Shown: positions 28,945-40,042 of the stretch, one piece after another
How the letters are laid out: each line of letters starts with the position of its first letter
How positions within the stretch are numbered: position 1 is the stretch's first letter
Assembly: GCA_963810095.1 (NCBI GenBank)
Contig: CAWEMM010000012.1
Coordinates: forward strand, 608,001 to 672,000
Length of the DNA stretch: 64,000 nucleotides
From: an uncultured Chloroflexia bacterium
GTDB taxonomy: Bacteria > Chloroflexota > Anaerolineae > CG2-30-64-16
Reading direction: 5' to 3'
The notes under the pieces: generated by a model
Told to the model about the DNA's origin: nothing
Databases searched by the model: none
The model's input: the letters and a program-made list of their open reading frames with translations, nothing else
Translations under genes and position numbers: made by a program

Positions 28945-31075
28945 TTAGGGCTTCGGCGTCTTCGTGGGATGCTTCGGCGGCTTTGGGTTGTCGGGCGGCG
29001 GCGTCTGGGTTGGCAGCGGCGCCGGGGCCGGGGTGGGCGTGTCGGGCGGCAGCGGGGTTAGCGTGGGCGCCTCCGTCGCCGTCGGCAGGACCTGAGTAGC
29101 GGTCGGCGGCGGCACCGTCGCGGTCGGCAATACCTGAGTGGCCGTCGGCAACACCTGAGTGGCGGTCGGTAGCGCGGTCGCGGTCGGCGCGGGGGTCCAC
29201 GTCGGCGGTGGAACAGCAGTCGGACTTGGCGCCGGCGTCAGGGTTGGGGGCCAGGTGGGCGCGGGCGACGGAGGAACCGCGGTCGCGGTAGGCAGCGGCT
29301 CGGTTGGGACCGGCGTCTCGGTGGCCTGCAGGGTGGGCTCTGAGTACGGCAAACCAGTCGGGCTTGGCGCCTCGGGCGGGAACGTCGGAACGACCGGGGG
29401 CTCGGGGGTGTCGGTCGGCACCGGCGCCGGAAACGCAGGGTAGGTGGCCGTCGGGGTGACGCCCGCACCCGGCGCCGGCCTGGCGGTTCGAGGCGCAAAC
29501 AGCGGCGGCAAAGCGACCGGCATGGGCGAGCCGCCCGGCGTGGGTCGCCGGCGGCTCTTGCGTGGCGGCCGGCTTGCGTGATCCCAGCCCCAGCGAAAAC
29601 CCGGAAAGCAGCGACGAGAGCGAAGGCGGCCGGGCCGTCGGCGTCGGGGCGGGGGTCACGGCCGGCAAGCGAGCGGGTGGGGCTGCCTCGGCCGCCTGCG
29701 CCAGCGTCACACAGCCGGCCGTCTCCGCTTCGGCCGATCGCACCAGGTTGCGCTCTTGCGCGCGGGCCAGTTGAGCCATCCCTTCGGCAGGCCTGCCTGC
29801 CTGGCACAGGGTCGCGCCCAAGACCAGGTGGTAGACGCTGGCCGAGTCGTCGCCGACCGGCGTAAGCCTGACCGCCGCCTGGTAGTCGCTGGCCGCTTCG
29901 TCATACCGCTTCTGACAGTAATACGCATTGCCGCGCGAGTACCAGGACACGGCCAGCTGTGGGGCCAGATCGACGGCCCGGGCGTAGTTGTCCAGCGCGG
30001 CGTTACAGTTGCCCTGTTCGTATTCGAGGTTGCCCAACCCGATGTAGGCAGCGCCGCCGGCCGGGTTCGCCTGCAGAGCGGCCTGATACGCGCTCCGAGC
30101 CGCGCTTACTTCGCCCAGGCGGGCGTAGGCCCGGCCCAAGGCCAGCTGGAAGACGGCAAGCGAACGCGGCAGGCGCGGGCTCTCGGCCACGGCTCTTCCG
30201 AGCGCCCCGGCAGCCTGGCGGTAGTTGTTTCGGCCCAGGTGGGCCAGCCCGACCAGGTAGTCGACCAGGCCAGCCGTGTCACTTGGGGCCGTCTCGGCCA
30301 ACGCGACGCCATGGTCGCCCGTAAGCGGCGCGTCATGGGGCGCGGGTACGTCGCCGTAGCGGAGCTGCCAACTTGGCGGCTCGAGGACCATCACGGAAGG
30401 GACAAAGGCGTCGCGTCCATCGCCGGCCACCCGGCCCCATACGACCCATTGGACGCCGTTAGCGGCCGCATACTCCGCGGCCTGCGCCGCCGTGGTGATG
30501 GCCGGCGCAGAGACCACGACCAGGGTGGCGCGCAGGCCGTGGCTCGCCTGGATCTCGCGGCGGAGGCTGCGGGCGAGGGTCGTGCTGAACGCCTGTCCAT
30601 CCGTGCCTACCCCGCCGTCGAACCCTCCGATCGCGACGCCGGCCTGGCCCGGGGCAACTGGCGCGGCCGCGGCCAGGTCGAACTGGAGCACCGTGAGCAC
30701 GAATGCCAGCGCGGCGCTGACGTAGAACAGAAGCACGGCGACAGCAGCGGTGCGGAAGGGGGGCCCATACTTGCGTGCGGAACGGCCGTCAGCCTTCGCA
30801 TCCCCCTGCTTCCCGACGACGTAGGCTGCCACGCCCGCCAGCAGCAAGCCAAAGCCAAGCAGCGCGCCCATCAGGAGGCCCGCGCGTGGTGCTGCCGGCG
30901 CGAGGAAAGCTATCCCGGCCGTGAGCATACCCACCGTTAACGCCAGGGCTGCGAACACAGCAAGCGCCCATAGCCCGGCGAACGCCAACTCGGCCGGCCC
31001 CCATCGCCGGTCCCCGCTCGAACGCCCGCGAAGCCGTGTGCCTGCGGTCGTGCTCCCCGACCCTATCCGATTCAT
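28945..31075 (-). CDS. Membrane protein with TPR repeats and Pro/Thr-rich tail (frameshift near 29530)
   Basis: Three N-terminal transmembrane helices, TPR motifs (AYIGLGNLEY, WYSRGNAYY), PTATQVL repeats in ORF 28945-29523. Confidence 0.75.
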
Positions 31076-31267
31076 CGTCTACGCCTAAGTGCCACAATCA
31101 TCGACTGCATTTTAAGCGCGTTCGCGGCGGCGAGCGCGTAAGCGCCGGCCCGTTCGTCACGGATTGATCAAGAAATATTGAACAAGTACCCAAGGCAGAG
31201 CGCGAGGGTTGGCAGAGTCAGAGCGCCCTTCCCCGGGGTGAAGCCTGCTTAAGCGGACTGGGCTAAT

Positions 31268-31295
31268 TTGACATTCTATGGCGAGGTGCTATCAT
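31268..31295 (+). promoter_or_regulatory. Promoter upstream of the pyr leader
   Basis: TTGACA-16nt-TATCAT with extended -10 TG. Confidence 0.7.
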
Positions 31296-31302
31296 AGTTC
31301 GG

Positions 31303-31561
31303 ATGCGTGGAGAACGCAGGGTGACGTAAGAACAGGTGCGCCTCTTTGACCCACCGGGCAACGACGCCGGCGAGCGGCTGAACCGTTCCGAGTGGACTTG
31401 TAGTTTCGGTCCTGAATTCTTGTTTCGAAGAGGCATGCCGACCTTGACCTGTCCAAACTTCCGTAAGCTTGTGCGCCCCGGGGCCAACGCTCCGCTGGGC
31501 GCATTGTTTTTTCTTTCCGGGACCATTTCCCCCACTGAGAGCCGCAAGGCTCTCTTTTTTT
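31303..31561 (+). ncRNA. Structured pyr leader or sRNA of unknown class, with two terminator hairpins
   Basis: Long stem ggtgcgcctctttga/tcgaagaggcatgcc; hairpin plus T run at about 31472-31516 and 31537-31561. Confidence 0.5.
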
Positions 31562-31613
31562 GCCTAAAACCGGGGGCTTGCGCGTTGACGATCCAGTCGC
31601 TTGGAGATGGACG

Positions 31614-32684
31614 ATGCTAAGACTGCCGGGACTGATCGACCCCCACGTGCACCTCCGCGAGCCCGGCGCGACGCACAAAGAGGACTGGGACAGCGGGACG
31701 GCCGCCGCCCTTGCCGGCGGGTTTACCGCCGTGCTCGCCATGCCGAACACCCGGCCGCCCATTACCGACGCGGCCTCCCTTGCACTGGCGCTCGACGCGG
31801 CCCGCTCGAAGGCTCGCTGTGATTACGCCCAGTACCTGGGCGCGGGACCCGACAACGCCGAGAGCGCCCCGGAACTGGCCGGCCGGGTTGCCGGGCTAAA
31901 GATGTACCTCGACCAGACCTACGGCCCGCTGCGGCTGGACGACATGACCCTGTGGGCCGAGCACTTTGCGCGCTGGCCGCAGACCGGCCCCATCGTGGCC
32001 CACGCCGAATCGCGCACCATGGCGGCCGTCCTCCTCATGGCGTCGCTGTTCGACCGCCCGGTCCACATCGCCCACGTCTCGCTGCGCGAGGAAATCCTCC
32101 TCATCCGCCGGGCGAAGGAAGCGGGCATCAAGGTCACCTGCGAGGTGGGTCCGCACCACCTGTTCCTCTCGCAGGACGACATCGGCGGGCTGACCTTCGG
32201 GCGCTCGGAGGTGCGGCCGAGACTGGCGACGCGCGCCGATCAGCAGGCGCTGTGGGATAACCTCGATGTGATCGACTGCTTCGCGACGGACCACGCGCCC
32301 CATACGGCAGCCGAGAAGGACGGCGACAACCCGCCGCCCGGCTTCCCAGGGCTGGAAACCGCGCTGCCCCTGCTCCTGACCGCCGTGCGCGCGGGCCGGC
32401 TGACGCTCGAGGACCTGGTGCGCCGCATGCACGACAACCCACGGCGCATCTTTGCCCTGCCCCCACAACAAGACACCTGGATCGAGGTCGACGAGCACGA
32501 CACCTACGAAATCCGGGCGAACGAGATGCACACCCGGTGCGGCTGGACGCCCTTCGAGGGCCGGCGAGTGACCGGGCGGGTGCGCCGGGTGGTGCTGCGC
32601 GGTCAAGACGCATTTGTGGACGGGGTGGTGCTGGCCCCACCCGGCTCTGGCCGGGACTTGCGGAGCGAAGGAGCCGCACGATGA
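31614..32684 (+). CDS. pyrC: Dihydroorotase (CAD-like)
   Basis: [42 protein letters not shown]. Confidence 0.93.
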   Translation: MLRLPGLIDPHVHLREPGATHKEDWDSGTAAALAGGFTAVLAMPNTRPPITDAASLALALDAARSKARCDYAQYLGAGPDNAESAPELAGRVAGLKMYLDQTYGPLRLDDMTLWAEHFARWPQTGPIVAHAESRTMAAVLLMASLFDRPVHIAHVSLREEILLIRRAKEAGIKVTCEVGPHHLFLSQDDIGGLTFGRSEVRPRLATRADQQALWDNLDVIDCFATDHAPHTAAEKDGDNPPPGFPGLETALPLLLTAVRAGRLTLEDLVRRMHDNPRRIFALPPQQDTWIEVDEHDTYEIRANEMHTRCGWTPFEGRRVTGRVRRVVLRGQDAFVDGVVLAPPGSGRDLRSEGAAR

Positions 32685-34150
32685 CGAGTTTCGCCCAAAC
32701 CCTCGACTCGCTGGCGCGCGAGCGCGATTCCCTGCTGTGTGTCGGGCTTGACCCGCACGCGTCCGACCTGCCGGCAGCGACGGCTGCCGCGGCCCGCGAC
32801 TTCTGCCTGCGCTTGATCGAGCAAACCCACGACCTCGCCATCGCGTACAAGCCCAACGCTGCCTTCTTTGAGTTGTACGGCCCGGAAGGCTGGGTCGCGC
32901 TCAAGGAGGTCATCGACGCCGTCCCGGCCGGCATCCCGGTCGTGCTGGATGCGAAGCGGGGCGACATCGCCTCCACGGCCGACGCGTACGCCGCTTCTGC
33001 GTTCGAACAACTCGGCGCGACGGCCATCACGCTCAACCCCTATCTCGGCCATGACAGTCTTGCGCCGTTCCTGGCCGACCCCGCCCGCGGCGCGTTCCTG
33101 CTCTGCAAGACCTCCAACCCCGGCTCGGGCGACCTGCAAGACCTGCGGCTGGCGGACGACGGATCGCTCCTTTACGAGCGGGTGGCGCAGTTGGCCCGAA
33201 CGTGGAACAAGGGCGACAACGTCGGCCTGGTCGTGGGCGCCACGCACCCGGAAGCGCTGGCCCGCGTCCGAAACCTGGCACCCGATCTCTGGTTCCTGGC
33301 GCCCGGCGTCGGTGCGCAGGGCGGCGACCTGGACGCGGCCCTGCGCGCCGGCCTGCGCGCCGACGGCCTGGGGATGCTCATCCCGGTGAGCCGCCTGATC
33401 TCACGGGCGGCAAAGCCCCGGCAGGCTGCGCAGCAGTTCGTCGACGAGGTGCGCGGCCGCCGTGCTCACAGGGCCGCCGAGCGGAGCACTCCTGCCGCTC
33501 AACTTGACAAGCATCCCGCCACTTTGCCGGCTGCGCTGGCGGCCGGTGAGGAGGCGACCCGACCTGACGCCCTTGCCGATGGCCTGCTCGCGGCCGGCTG
33601 CGTGAAGTTCGGCAGCTTTACGCTCAAGTCGGGGCTGGTCTCGCCCATCTACCTCGATCTGCGCCAGTTGGTGTCGCACCCCGCGCTCCTGGCCCAGGTC
33701 GCACAGGCCTACGTGCGGGTCCTCGGGGCCCTGCAGTTCGACCGCCTGGCCGCCTTGCCCTACGCGGCGCTGCCCATCGGCACGGCCGTCAGCCTGGCCG
33801 GCGGCTGGCCCATGATCTACCCGCGCCGCGAGGCCAAGGCATACGGCACGGGCGTGGAGATCGAAGGCGCGTATGAGGCCGGCGAACGAGCCGTGATCCT
33901 CGACGACCTTACGACGACGGGCGGCAGCAAGTTCGAAGCAATCGAGAAGCTGACCGCAGCCGGCCTTCGGGTGCAGGACGTGGTGGTGCTGATCGACCGC
34001 CAGTCTGGCGCAGCCGAGGCGCTGGCCGAGAAAGGCTACCACCTGCACTCGGTGCTCAACCTTAACGATCTGCTCAACTATTGGGAACGCACCTCCGCCG
34101 TGCCGGCCGACCGCATTACGGCGACGCGTGACTTTTTGAGGGGAGGCTGA
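32681..34150 (+). CDS. pyrF: Bifunctional OMP decarboxylase / orotate phosphoribosyltransferase
   Basis: [25 protein letters not shown], then [16 protein letters not shown] and [11 protein letters not shown]. Confidence 0.93.
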   Translation: MTSFAQTLDSLARERDSLLCVGLDPHASDLPAATAAAARDFCLRLIEQTHDLAIAYKPNAAFFELYGPEGWVALKEVIDAVPAGIPVVLDAKRGDIASTADAYAASAFEQLGATAITLNPYLGHDSLAPFLADPARGAFLLCKTSNPGSGDLQDLRLADDGSLLYERVAQLARTWNKGDNVGLVVGATHPEALARVRNLAPDLWFLAPGVGAQGGDLDAALRAGLRADGLGMLIPVSRLISRAAKPRQAAQQFVDEVRGRRAHRAAERSTPAAQLDKHPATLPAALAAGEEATRPDALADGLLAAGCVKFGSFTLKSGLVSPIYLDLRQLVSHPALLAQVAQAYVRVLGALQFDRLAALPYAALPIGTAVSLAGGWPMIYPRREAKAYGTGVEIEGAYEAGERAVILDDLTTTGGSKFEAIEKLTAAGLRVQDVVVLIDRQSGAAEALAEKGYHLHSVLNLNDLLNYWERTSAVPADRITATRDFLRGG

Positions 34151-34151
34151 A

Positions 34152-35243
34152 ATGTATCAGCAAATCCGGCCGCTTTTGTTCCGTCTCGAACCGGAACGGG
34201 CCCATCACCTGACTGTCTCTTTGCTGCGCGCATCCGGCGCACTGCCGCCCGTGGCCGCGCTGCTGCGCACGCAATTCCAGCCGGCCCATTCGCCGGCGGG
34301 CGTACGGGCGTTTGGCCTGACATTTGCGAACCCGCTCGGGCTGGCCGCCGGTTATGACAAGGACGGGCTCGCCTGGCGCGGCCTGGCTGCGCTCGGCTTT
34401 GGCCACATCGAGGTCGGCACCGTCACGGTACGCCCGCAGGGGGGCAACCCCGGCCCCCGCGTCTTCCGCATCCCTGAATCGGAGGCCGTCATCAACCGAA
34501 TGGGCTTCCCCAATCGGGGCGCGGAGTTCGTCGCGCGGCGGCTGCAGGGCCCCCGACCGAAGGGCCTCGTGCTCGGCGTCAACATCGGCAAGAACAAGAA
34601 TACGCCCCTTGAAGAGGCGGCCCAGGATTATACATCCCTCATTCATACGTTCGCGCCGCTGGCCGATTACCTGGCCGTCAACATCAGCTCGCCGAACACG
34701 CCGGGGCTGCGCGCACTCCAGTCGGGCCCGGCGCTCGAGGCGCTGCTGGCCGAGATCCGCACCGCCCGCCTGGATGCCTCGCGTAAGCTGGGGCGCAACG
34801 TGCCCATCCTGCTCAAGCTGGCGCCCGACCTGACGCCTGACCAGTTGGTCGAAGCCGTCGGCGCGATCCGGCAAAGCGGCATGGACGGCATCATCCTGTC
34901 CAACACGACCCTGCGGCGCGACGGGCTCCGTTCGCCCCTGGCCGAGGAGTCGGGCGGCTTGAGCGGCAAACCCCTGCGTCGGCAGGCCACGGAAATGCTC
35001 GAGCGGGTGGTCGACCTGACGGGCGGCCGCTTCCCGATCATTGCGGCGGGCGGCGTGATGTCGGGCGAGGATGCGCTGGAGAAGCTGCACGCCGGCGCAA
35101 CCCTGGTCCAAGTCTACACCGGGCTGATCTACCGGGGGCCGGGGCTGGTCCGCTCCATTCTCGAACACCCGGCATTTCGCGGGGCGGGCTTGCCCGAGCC
35201 GCTTGGCAATCCGCAGGGGCTTCCCCAGGAGTGGCAGGCGTAG
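34152..35243 (+). CDS. pyrD: Quinone-dependent dihydroorotate dehydrogenase
   Basis: GLAAGYDK, INRMGFPN, GVNIGKN, NISSPNTPGLR, GGLSG. Confidence 0.95.
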   Translation: MYQQIRPLLFRLEPERAHHLTVSLLRASGALPPVAALLRTQFQPAHSPAGVRAFGLTFANPLGLAAGYDKDGLAWRGLAALGFGHIEVGTVTVRPQGGNPGPRVFRIPESEAVINRMGFPNRGAEFVARRLQGPRPKGLVLGVNIGKNKNTPLEEAAQDYTSLIHTFAPLADYLAVNISSPNTPGLRALQSGPALEALLAEIRTARLDASRKLGRNVPILLKLAPDLTPDQLVEAVGAIRQSGMDGIILSNTTLRRDGLRSPLAEESGGLSGKPLRRQATEMLERVVDLTGGRFPIIAAGGVMSGEDALEKLHAGATLVQVYTGLIYRGPGLVRSILEHPAFRGAGLPEPLGNPQGLPQEWQA

Positions 35244-35275
35244 CCTCACGGCCGGAGCGCGCCTTTGCTTCCATT

Positions 35276-35740
35276 CGCAGGGGACGAGCCCGCTCCCTGC
35301 ACCTTATTGTCATTGCTTCTATTTGCAGGGGGCGAGCCCGGCCCCCTGCACCCCGGCCGGAGGGCTTCGCCCCCTCGACCCCTAAAGGTTAAGGGGGCGC
35401 GGGGTTTCCGCCGCAGAACGCAGTCTGTCCGAAACGTCCGGCGTGTCAGCAAAAGAACCCCACGAATGTTAGTTTGCGGAGATATGTTTATGGAGGCCCA
35501 CCTACGCCCAGAGACTAGGTGGATTTAGCGTCAGACGCCGAGGGGCGTAGCCTTTGGGGGTTTCGGGGGCAAGGCCCCCGAGGGGGCAAAAGAAGACGGG
35601 GGCGTCGGGGGCGAGCCCGCCCCCGACAGAACAGAGCCGACGCCGGGGGCTGGTGAAAGCCCGGGTTTCTGTCACGCGGGCCTCCCGCCGGCGCCCGAGG
35701 GTAGGAGACCGGCGGCGCCCGCTCCGCCGGCCCCCTACCT
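35276..35740. repeat. Non-coding region with clustered GC-rich hairpins in inverted arrangement (MITE-like)
   Basis: gcagggggcgagcccggccccctgc-type hairpins on the left and gtcgggggcgagcccgcccccgac on the right; GTAG-type palindrome at 35701-35737. Confidence 0.5.
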
Positions 35741-35743
35741 ACA

Positions 35744-37727
35744 TCAGGGCAGGATCGTGATCGACCCCACCACGCCTTCGAGTTCGGCCAGGTTCGGGAC
35801 AAAAGAGGTTACGTCCTGGGACGCCAGGTCGGCCGTGGCCTTGGCGATGTAAGTATCCCAGTGCGTGCCGATTTCCTCCGCCTGCTCCGCCGGCAGGTCC
35901 AGGTAGCTCGCGGGCAGCGACGGATGCGAGACCGGGAAGATCGCGGACACGTAATACTTGCCGTCCGCAGTCAGGCCCTGGAAGGTGTAGAACATGTCCC
36001 GATTGTTAAGGGCGACCGGCGCCTGCGCGTACTGCGTGACGTAGGCGATGCCGGAGCCGCCGGCAAACGCCACGTAGCGCAACCCGAAGTGCATCTGCTG
36101 CATCGCGTTCTGGGGCGGCAGGAAGGGCAGTTGCCCGCTGACCTGCTCGGGACGCTCCGCCAGCAGCTTGCCCAGTGCGGCCACTTCAGCCTCCGCAGCC
36201 GGCGACAGGGCGGTGAACTCGGCCACGGGGTAGACCCGCACCGCGGGTGTCTGCAGTGTCGGGGTCAGGACGTAGCCGGTCAGGACGATCTCCCGGTATT
36301 CGGGTGCGATGCCCCAGGCCGGGCCGTCGCCGGTCACGGCAGGCACGGTACTGCCCTCCGAACCCTGCGCCAGCGTGGGGGGGTAGGAGAAGCTCACGCC
36401 CGCATACTCCGCCTGGACGGCCGCATTTGCCTCGGCCGGCGCCGCAGCGGGCAGGAAGCCAAACGACTGCGTCACGGCGTCGATGAGGTCGTCGCCTGCA
36501 CCGGGCGCCGTGGCCCCGCGCTGCGTTCCGGCCAGGGGCGTAAAGCGGAAGTGGAATAGCAAGTCGTCGCGCAGCATCAGGATTTCGGTCGAGGCGGGGC
36601 GCCCGGGCGCCGTGTCCAGCCTGACTGCCGGCAGACCGGCCACGGTCAGATTGGCTTGCTCTGCCGGCGCTGCGAGTTCCGGATGGGTCGCCAGATAACT
36701 GGTCACCACCTTCTGCAGGTCGCCGCCATTCACCGGCTCCACATTCAGGCTCATCTCGGCGCTCACCGGCTCCGCGCTGGCATCCTGCGCGGTGCCCTGA
36801 AGTGCGGCGCCGCCCGCCAGGTGCGAGAATGCCAATTGTGGCGGGAACCCGAAGCAGTAACCGTTGACCCGGTCGACGTACAGCGGGTGATCGACGGACA
36901 GGCAGCCGGCGGGCAGGTCGACACGCGCTGCGGCGGCGATCTCCACACCCTGGGGCGGGAGGCCCGCGAAGGAGGCCGAAACGACCTCGTACAGCCGGTC
37001 CATCGCAGCCTGCGCCTGCTTGCTTTCGGCATTCAGGTCCGCAGCCGGCATATCTGCGAAGGACGGCCAGAAGCGTCAGGATAAAGTACTTCTCGGGCGA
37101 GCGGTCGACGATGACGGTGCGCGAGCTCAGCCGGCCTGGAAACGGCTCCAGCACCTCGGCGCCGCCCCCACCGAATAGCGCCTGCTTGCGCTCGATCTTC
37201 GGGAAGCCCTCGGGCACGTTCGCCTTGATGTACTCGTCGACGAAAGGCGCGAGGTCTACCCCCTGGTACGGCACGGAGTCGATGGTCAGGAGCGCGGCGA
37301 GCGGCTCGGGACCGTTACCGGCGGCCGGCCCGCGCACCTCAGTGTTGCCGTTGCCGTCCTTCCCAACGGTAAAGCCCTCGGGGTAGGCGAAGCATAGGCC
37401 ACGGGCCCGGTCGACAAAGGTCGGCAGCCCATCTACAAAGCACCCGGCCGGGAGCGCGACGGCAGCGGGATTCTCTGCGGCGGCCGGCGTACCGGCGGCG
37501 AGGGCAGTCGCTTCGGCCGTGGGAGCGGTCGGCGCGACCGTGGCCTGCGGCACGGCGGTGGCGGCCGGCGCAGTCGCGGTTGCCGCGACCACGGCCGGAG
37601 CAGGTTCGGAGGTTGCTGCGACGGCCGTCGCGACAACCGGGGCGGTCGCAGGGACCGGCATACAGCCGGCCAGGACCACACAGAGGACGAGCACGAGGCT
37701 GACGGCCTTGAGGCTTCTGAAGATCAT
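35744..37727 (-). CDS. Lipoprotein with Ala/Pro/Thr linker and duplicated domain (frameshift near 37075)
   Basis: LAGC lipobox; repeated LPAGC...VDR...CF.YP/FP units. Confidence 0.7.
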
Positions 37728-37863
37728 TCTTTGGTCCCCCTTCTGATACCCTGGTCACCGGGGCTGTCGGGGCCCCAAACAATCCGGGTCTGTAACCAGA
37801 ATACGGAGAACCGGTGCGCCGGGTAGCAGGCGCGACACTGCACTGTGCAGAGCCGCCTGGTTG

Positions 37864-38136
37864 CTACTTGCCGGCCGGCGCCTTCTTCCAGGTCGCGTTG
37901 GAGAGGCCATCGGGGCTGATCCTGCGAATGCCCAGTTCTACGCAGTGCAGCGACAGGTACGCGTCCACGGCGGGGTAGTAGCCCGGCACGCGCTCGCCTC
38001 CCCACAGGCCGTGCGCCAGGAGCATCGTGGCCTGGTTGGCCAGGTCCTTGGTATGAAAGGTCGGTGTTCCGATCTCGGCCACTGCTGCCTTCACTGCACG
38101 TGCGTCGACGTCTTCTGCTCTCATCACGTCACTCAT
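37864..38136 (-). CDS. Hypothetical protein
   Basis: ORF with GC-biased codons, ribosome-binding site aaggga, overlapping the upstream gene end. Confidence 0.55.
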   Translation of the reverse strand: MSDVMRAEDVDARAVKAAVAEIGTPTFHTKDLANQATMLLAHGLWGGERVPGYYPAVDAYLSLHCVELGIRRISPDGLSNATWKKAPAGK

Positions 38137-38659
38137 TTCGATTCCCTTCGAAACCATCGCTCGCGGCCGTCTTCAGGCGGGTCCATGTCAAACACCGCCC
38201 GCCGCCGTTGCTAATCAGAAGCCGGGTATTCGGCCCCCCGCTCAGGCGTCGGGCCGGCCGAGCGAGAAGTTGCAGCTCGTCCAGGATCAGCGGATAGTGC
38301 TTCTGCAGGACGTGGAACAGGCCCTCCAGGCGCCTCGCCGTCAGGAGCGAGCCGTCTACCTGCATCTTCTTCCCGAAGAAGGCGTCTCGCACGCGCATGT
38401 CCTTCAGCAGCACCTGGTGCAGCACGTCCATACGGGTGTGAATGGCCAGGTTGACATGGCTCTCGGTACGGCCGTGCGACCAGGTCGGCGGCCGGTTTTT
38501 GCCGTTGACCGTGACCATCATGGCCGGCTCGGTGACGTCAAACAGAAAGACCATCTTTTTGCTCGACAGCTCCGCCAGCCCCTCGGGGTCCGCAATCACG
38601 CGGTCGAACAACTCGGTAAGCACCCTCTCCAGGGTTCCCGCGTCTTGGTACACAGGCAT
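38129..38659 (-). CDS. SCP2 sterol-binding-like domain protein (C-terminus uncertain)
   Basis: AFFGKKMQVDG pattern typical of SCP2 domains. Confidence 0.55.
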   Translation of the reverse strand: MPVYQDAGTLERVLTELFDRVIADPEGLAELSSKKMVFLFDVTEPAMMVTVNGKNRPPTWSHGRTESHVNLAIHTRMDVLHQVLLKDMRVRDAFFGKKMQVDGSLLTARRLEGLFHVLQKHYPLILDELQLLARPARRLSGGPNTRLLISNGGGRCLTWTRLKTAASDGFEGNRNE

Positions 38660-38825
38660 TGCCAGGGTCCTTTCTCGTGGTCCGCAGCTCGGAAGCGTGA
38701 GCGCAGTGGGTCGCACGGTCCCCTGCGTAGTCTGTTTCGGCTCCGCCCTCTCGAACGCCGCCGCCCGGGAGGGTGCGGGGGCCCAACGAAGAGGTTGAGC
38801 GGGATAGAGAGTCCGGGCCGGGCGG

Positions 38826-39554
38826 TCAGCGCAGCCGGGTCGCATAGCGGGCGACCACGATCATCCAGACGCTGTAGACGACCACCAGCACCCGGTTGGG
38901 CCACCCCAGAAGCACCTGGGGCCCCACCCGGCCCGCACCCGGGTGAATCAGCCCGGAGATGATGATCGAGCCAAAGAAGGCGAGGAGGCTCAGCCAGCAC
39001 AGCACCGTGCCCCACACCAGCCAGCCCCGTGCGCGCACCCATTTCGGGTTTTGGCTCAGGCTGCGCGCCACGAGCGTGGCCGCAACCGGGAACGTGATGA
39101 TGACGATCGCCCCGCACAGGGTATGAATCGTGTTATCGAGGCTGGGCGTGTTGTCCGTGATCGCATTGGTCTTGAAGACCCCCGCCGCCATCATCGCGAC
39201 CCCGATCACCACCAGCCACCACCGGCCGATCTTGCCGCCCGTCGTGCCGAGCGAATGCGAGAGTACCATTTGCAGGTCGAGCACGCCCAGGCCCCAACAG
39301 AGAAAAGCGATGGTCATCAGCCAGCCGTACTGGCCGATCTCGTATTCGCTGATCATGCGCCACGAGGGGGCAAACTCGGGCTCGAGGAAGTGGAGCAGGA
39401 CGAGGATTGCGAGAAACGCACCGACGAGCACGACCGAAGACGAGCCCACAAGCCGGGGCTCTCCGGCCAGCGCCCGCTGGGAAAGGGATGATGTTGGGTG
39501 CTGCGCCGCGCGCGCTTTTGTTCCCGCACTGCGGGAGGCCGCTTTCTTAGCCAT
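38826..39554 (-). CDS. DUF998 family membrane protein
   Basis: LHFLEPEFAPSWRMISEYEIG, GVFKTN, IH motifs. Confidence 0.8.
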   Translation of the reverse strand: MAKKAASRSAGTKARAAQHPTSSLSQRALAGEPRLVGSSSVVLVGAFLAILVLLHFLEPEFAPSWRMISEYEIGQYGWLMTIAFLCWGLGVLDLQMVLSHSLGTTGGKIGRWWLVVIGVAMMAAGVFKTNAITDNTPSLDNTIHTLCGAIVIITFPVAATLVARSLSQNPKWVRARGWLVWGTVLCWLSLLAFFGSIIISGLIHPGAGRVGPQVLLGWPNRVLVVVYSVWMIVVARYATRLR

Positions 39555-39885
39555 TGTCGGGAGTGCCTTTCCGGTGAAAGGATGGCAGTGAGGGCGCCGG
39601 GTGGGCCGGTTTCGGTGTCATGTCGCAGGCCACCCGCCTCGCCCTCTATCATATCACAGGAAGCGTCCAGAGGACCGCTGGCGGGTGCGGTCTGCAAGGG
39701 GGCGGTGGGGTTGGGATCGACGGGCAGCGGGCCCCCGTCATGATTCGGTGACTGGACGCCCGACTACATGAGCAGGCCGCTTTGTGCGTTACATTGCACT
39801 CGCCTGACTGGCACAAACAAACCGATCCCCTACGGGTCCGCCGATGCACCTCTTGGGGCGATCTCACCTGCACCCAGAGGTAACG

Positions 39886-40041
39886 ATGTTGACCATAGTT
39901 TTGGCCCTGTTGATCCTGAGCTTGCCGTTCGTCCTGGCGCGCGTCACGTCCGCCAACTCACGCAACGCAGACCGCCGAGGTCTCTCGCCGGTCCGCGTCC
40001 GTGTGGATCAGCCGCAGATCGAGCGGCGGCGGTCGCGCTAA
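39886..40041 (+). CDS. Small membrane-anchored hypothetical protein
   Basis: Ribosome-binding site agaggt; hydrophobic N-terminus then basic tail. Confidence 0.45.
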   Translation: MLTIVLALLILSLPFVLARVTSANSRNADRRGLSPVRVRVDQPQIERRRSR

Positions 40042-40042
40042 C

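Noticed and set aside
28945-29523. 21-bp tandem repeats
   Set aside because: They encode an ordinary Pro/Thr-rich linker (PTATQVL) of the TPR protein.
31303-31561. T-box or PyrR-binding attenuator
   Set aside because: Neither the UGGNACC T-box bulge nor the AGUCC.GNGAGGCU PyrR loop consensus was found by eye.
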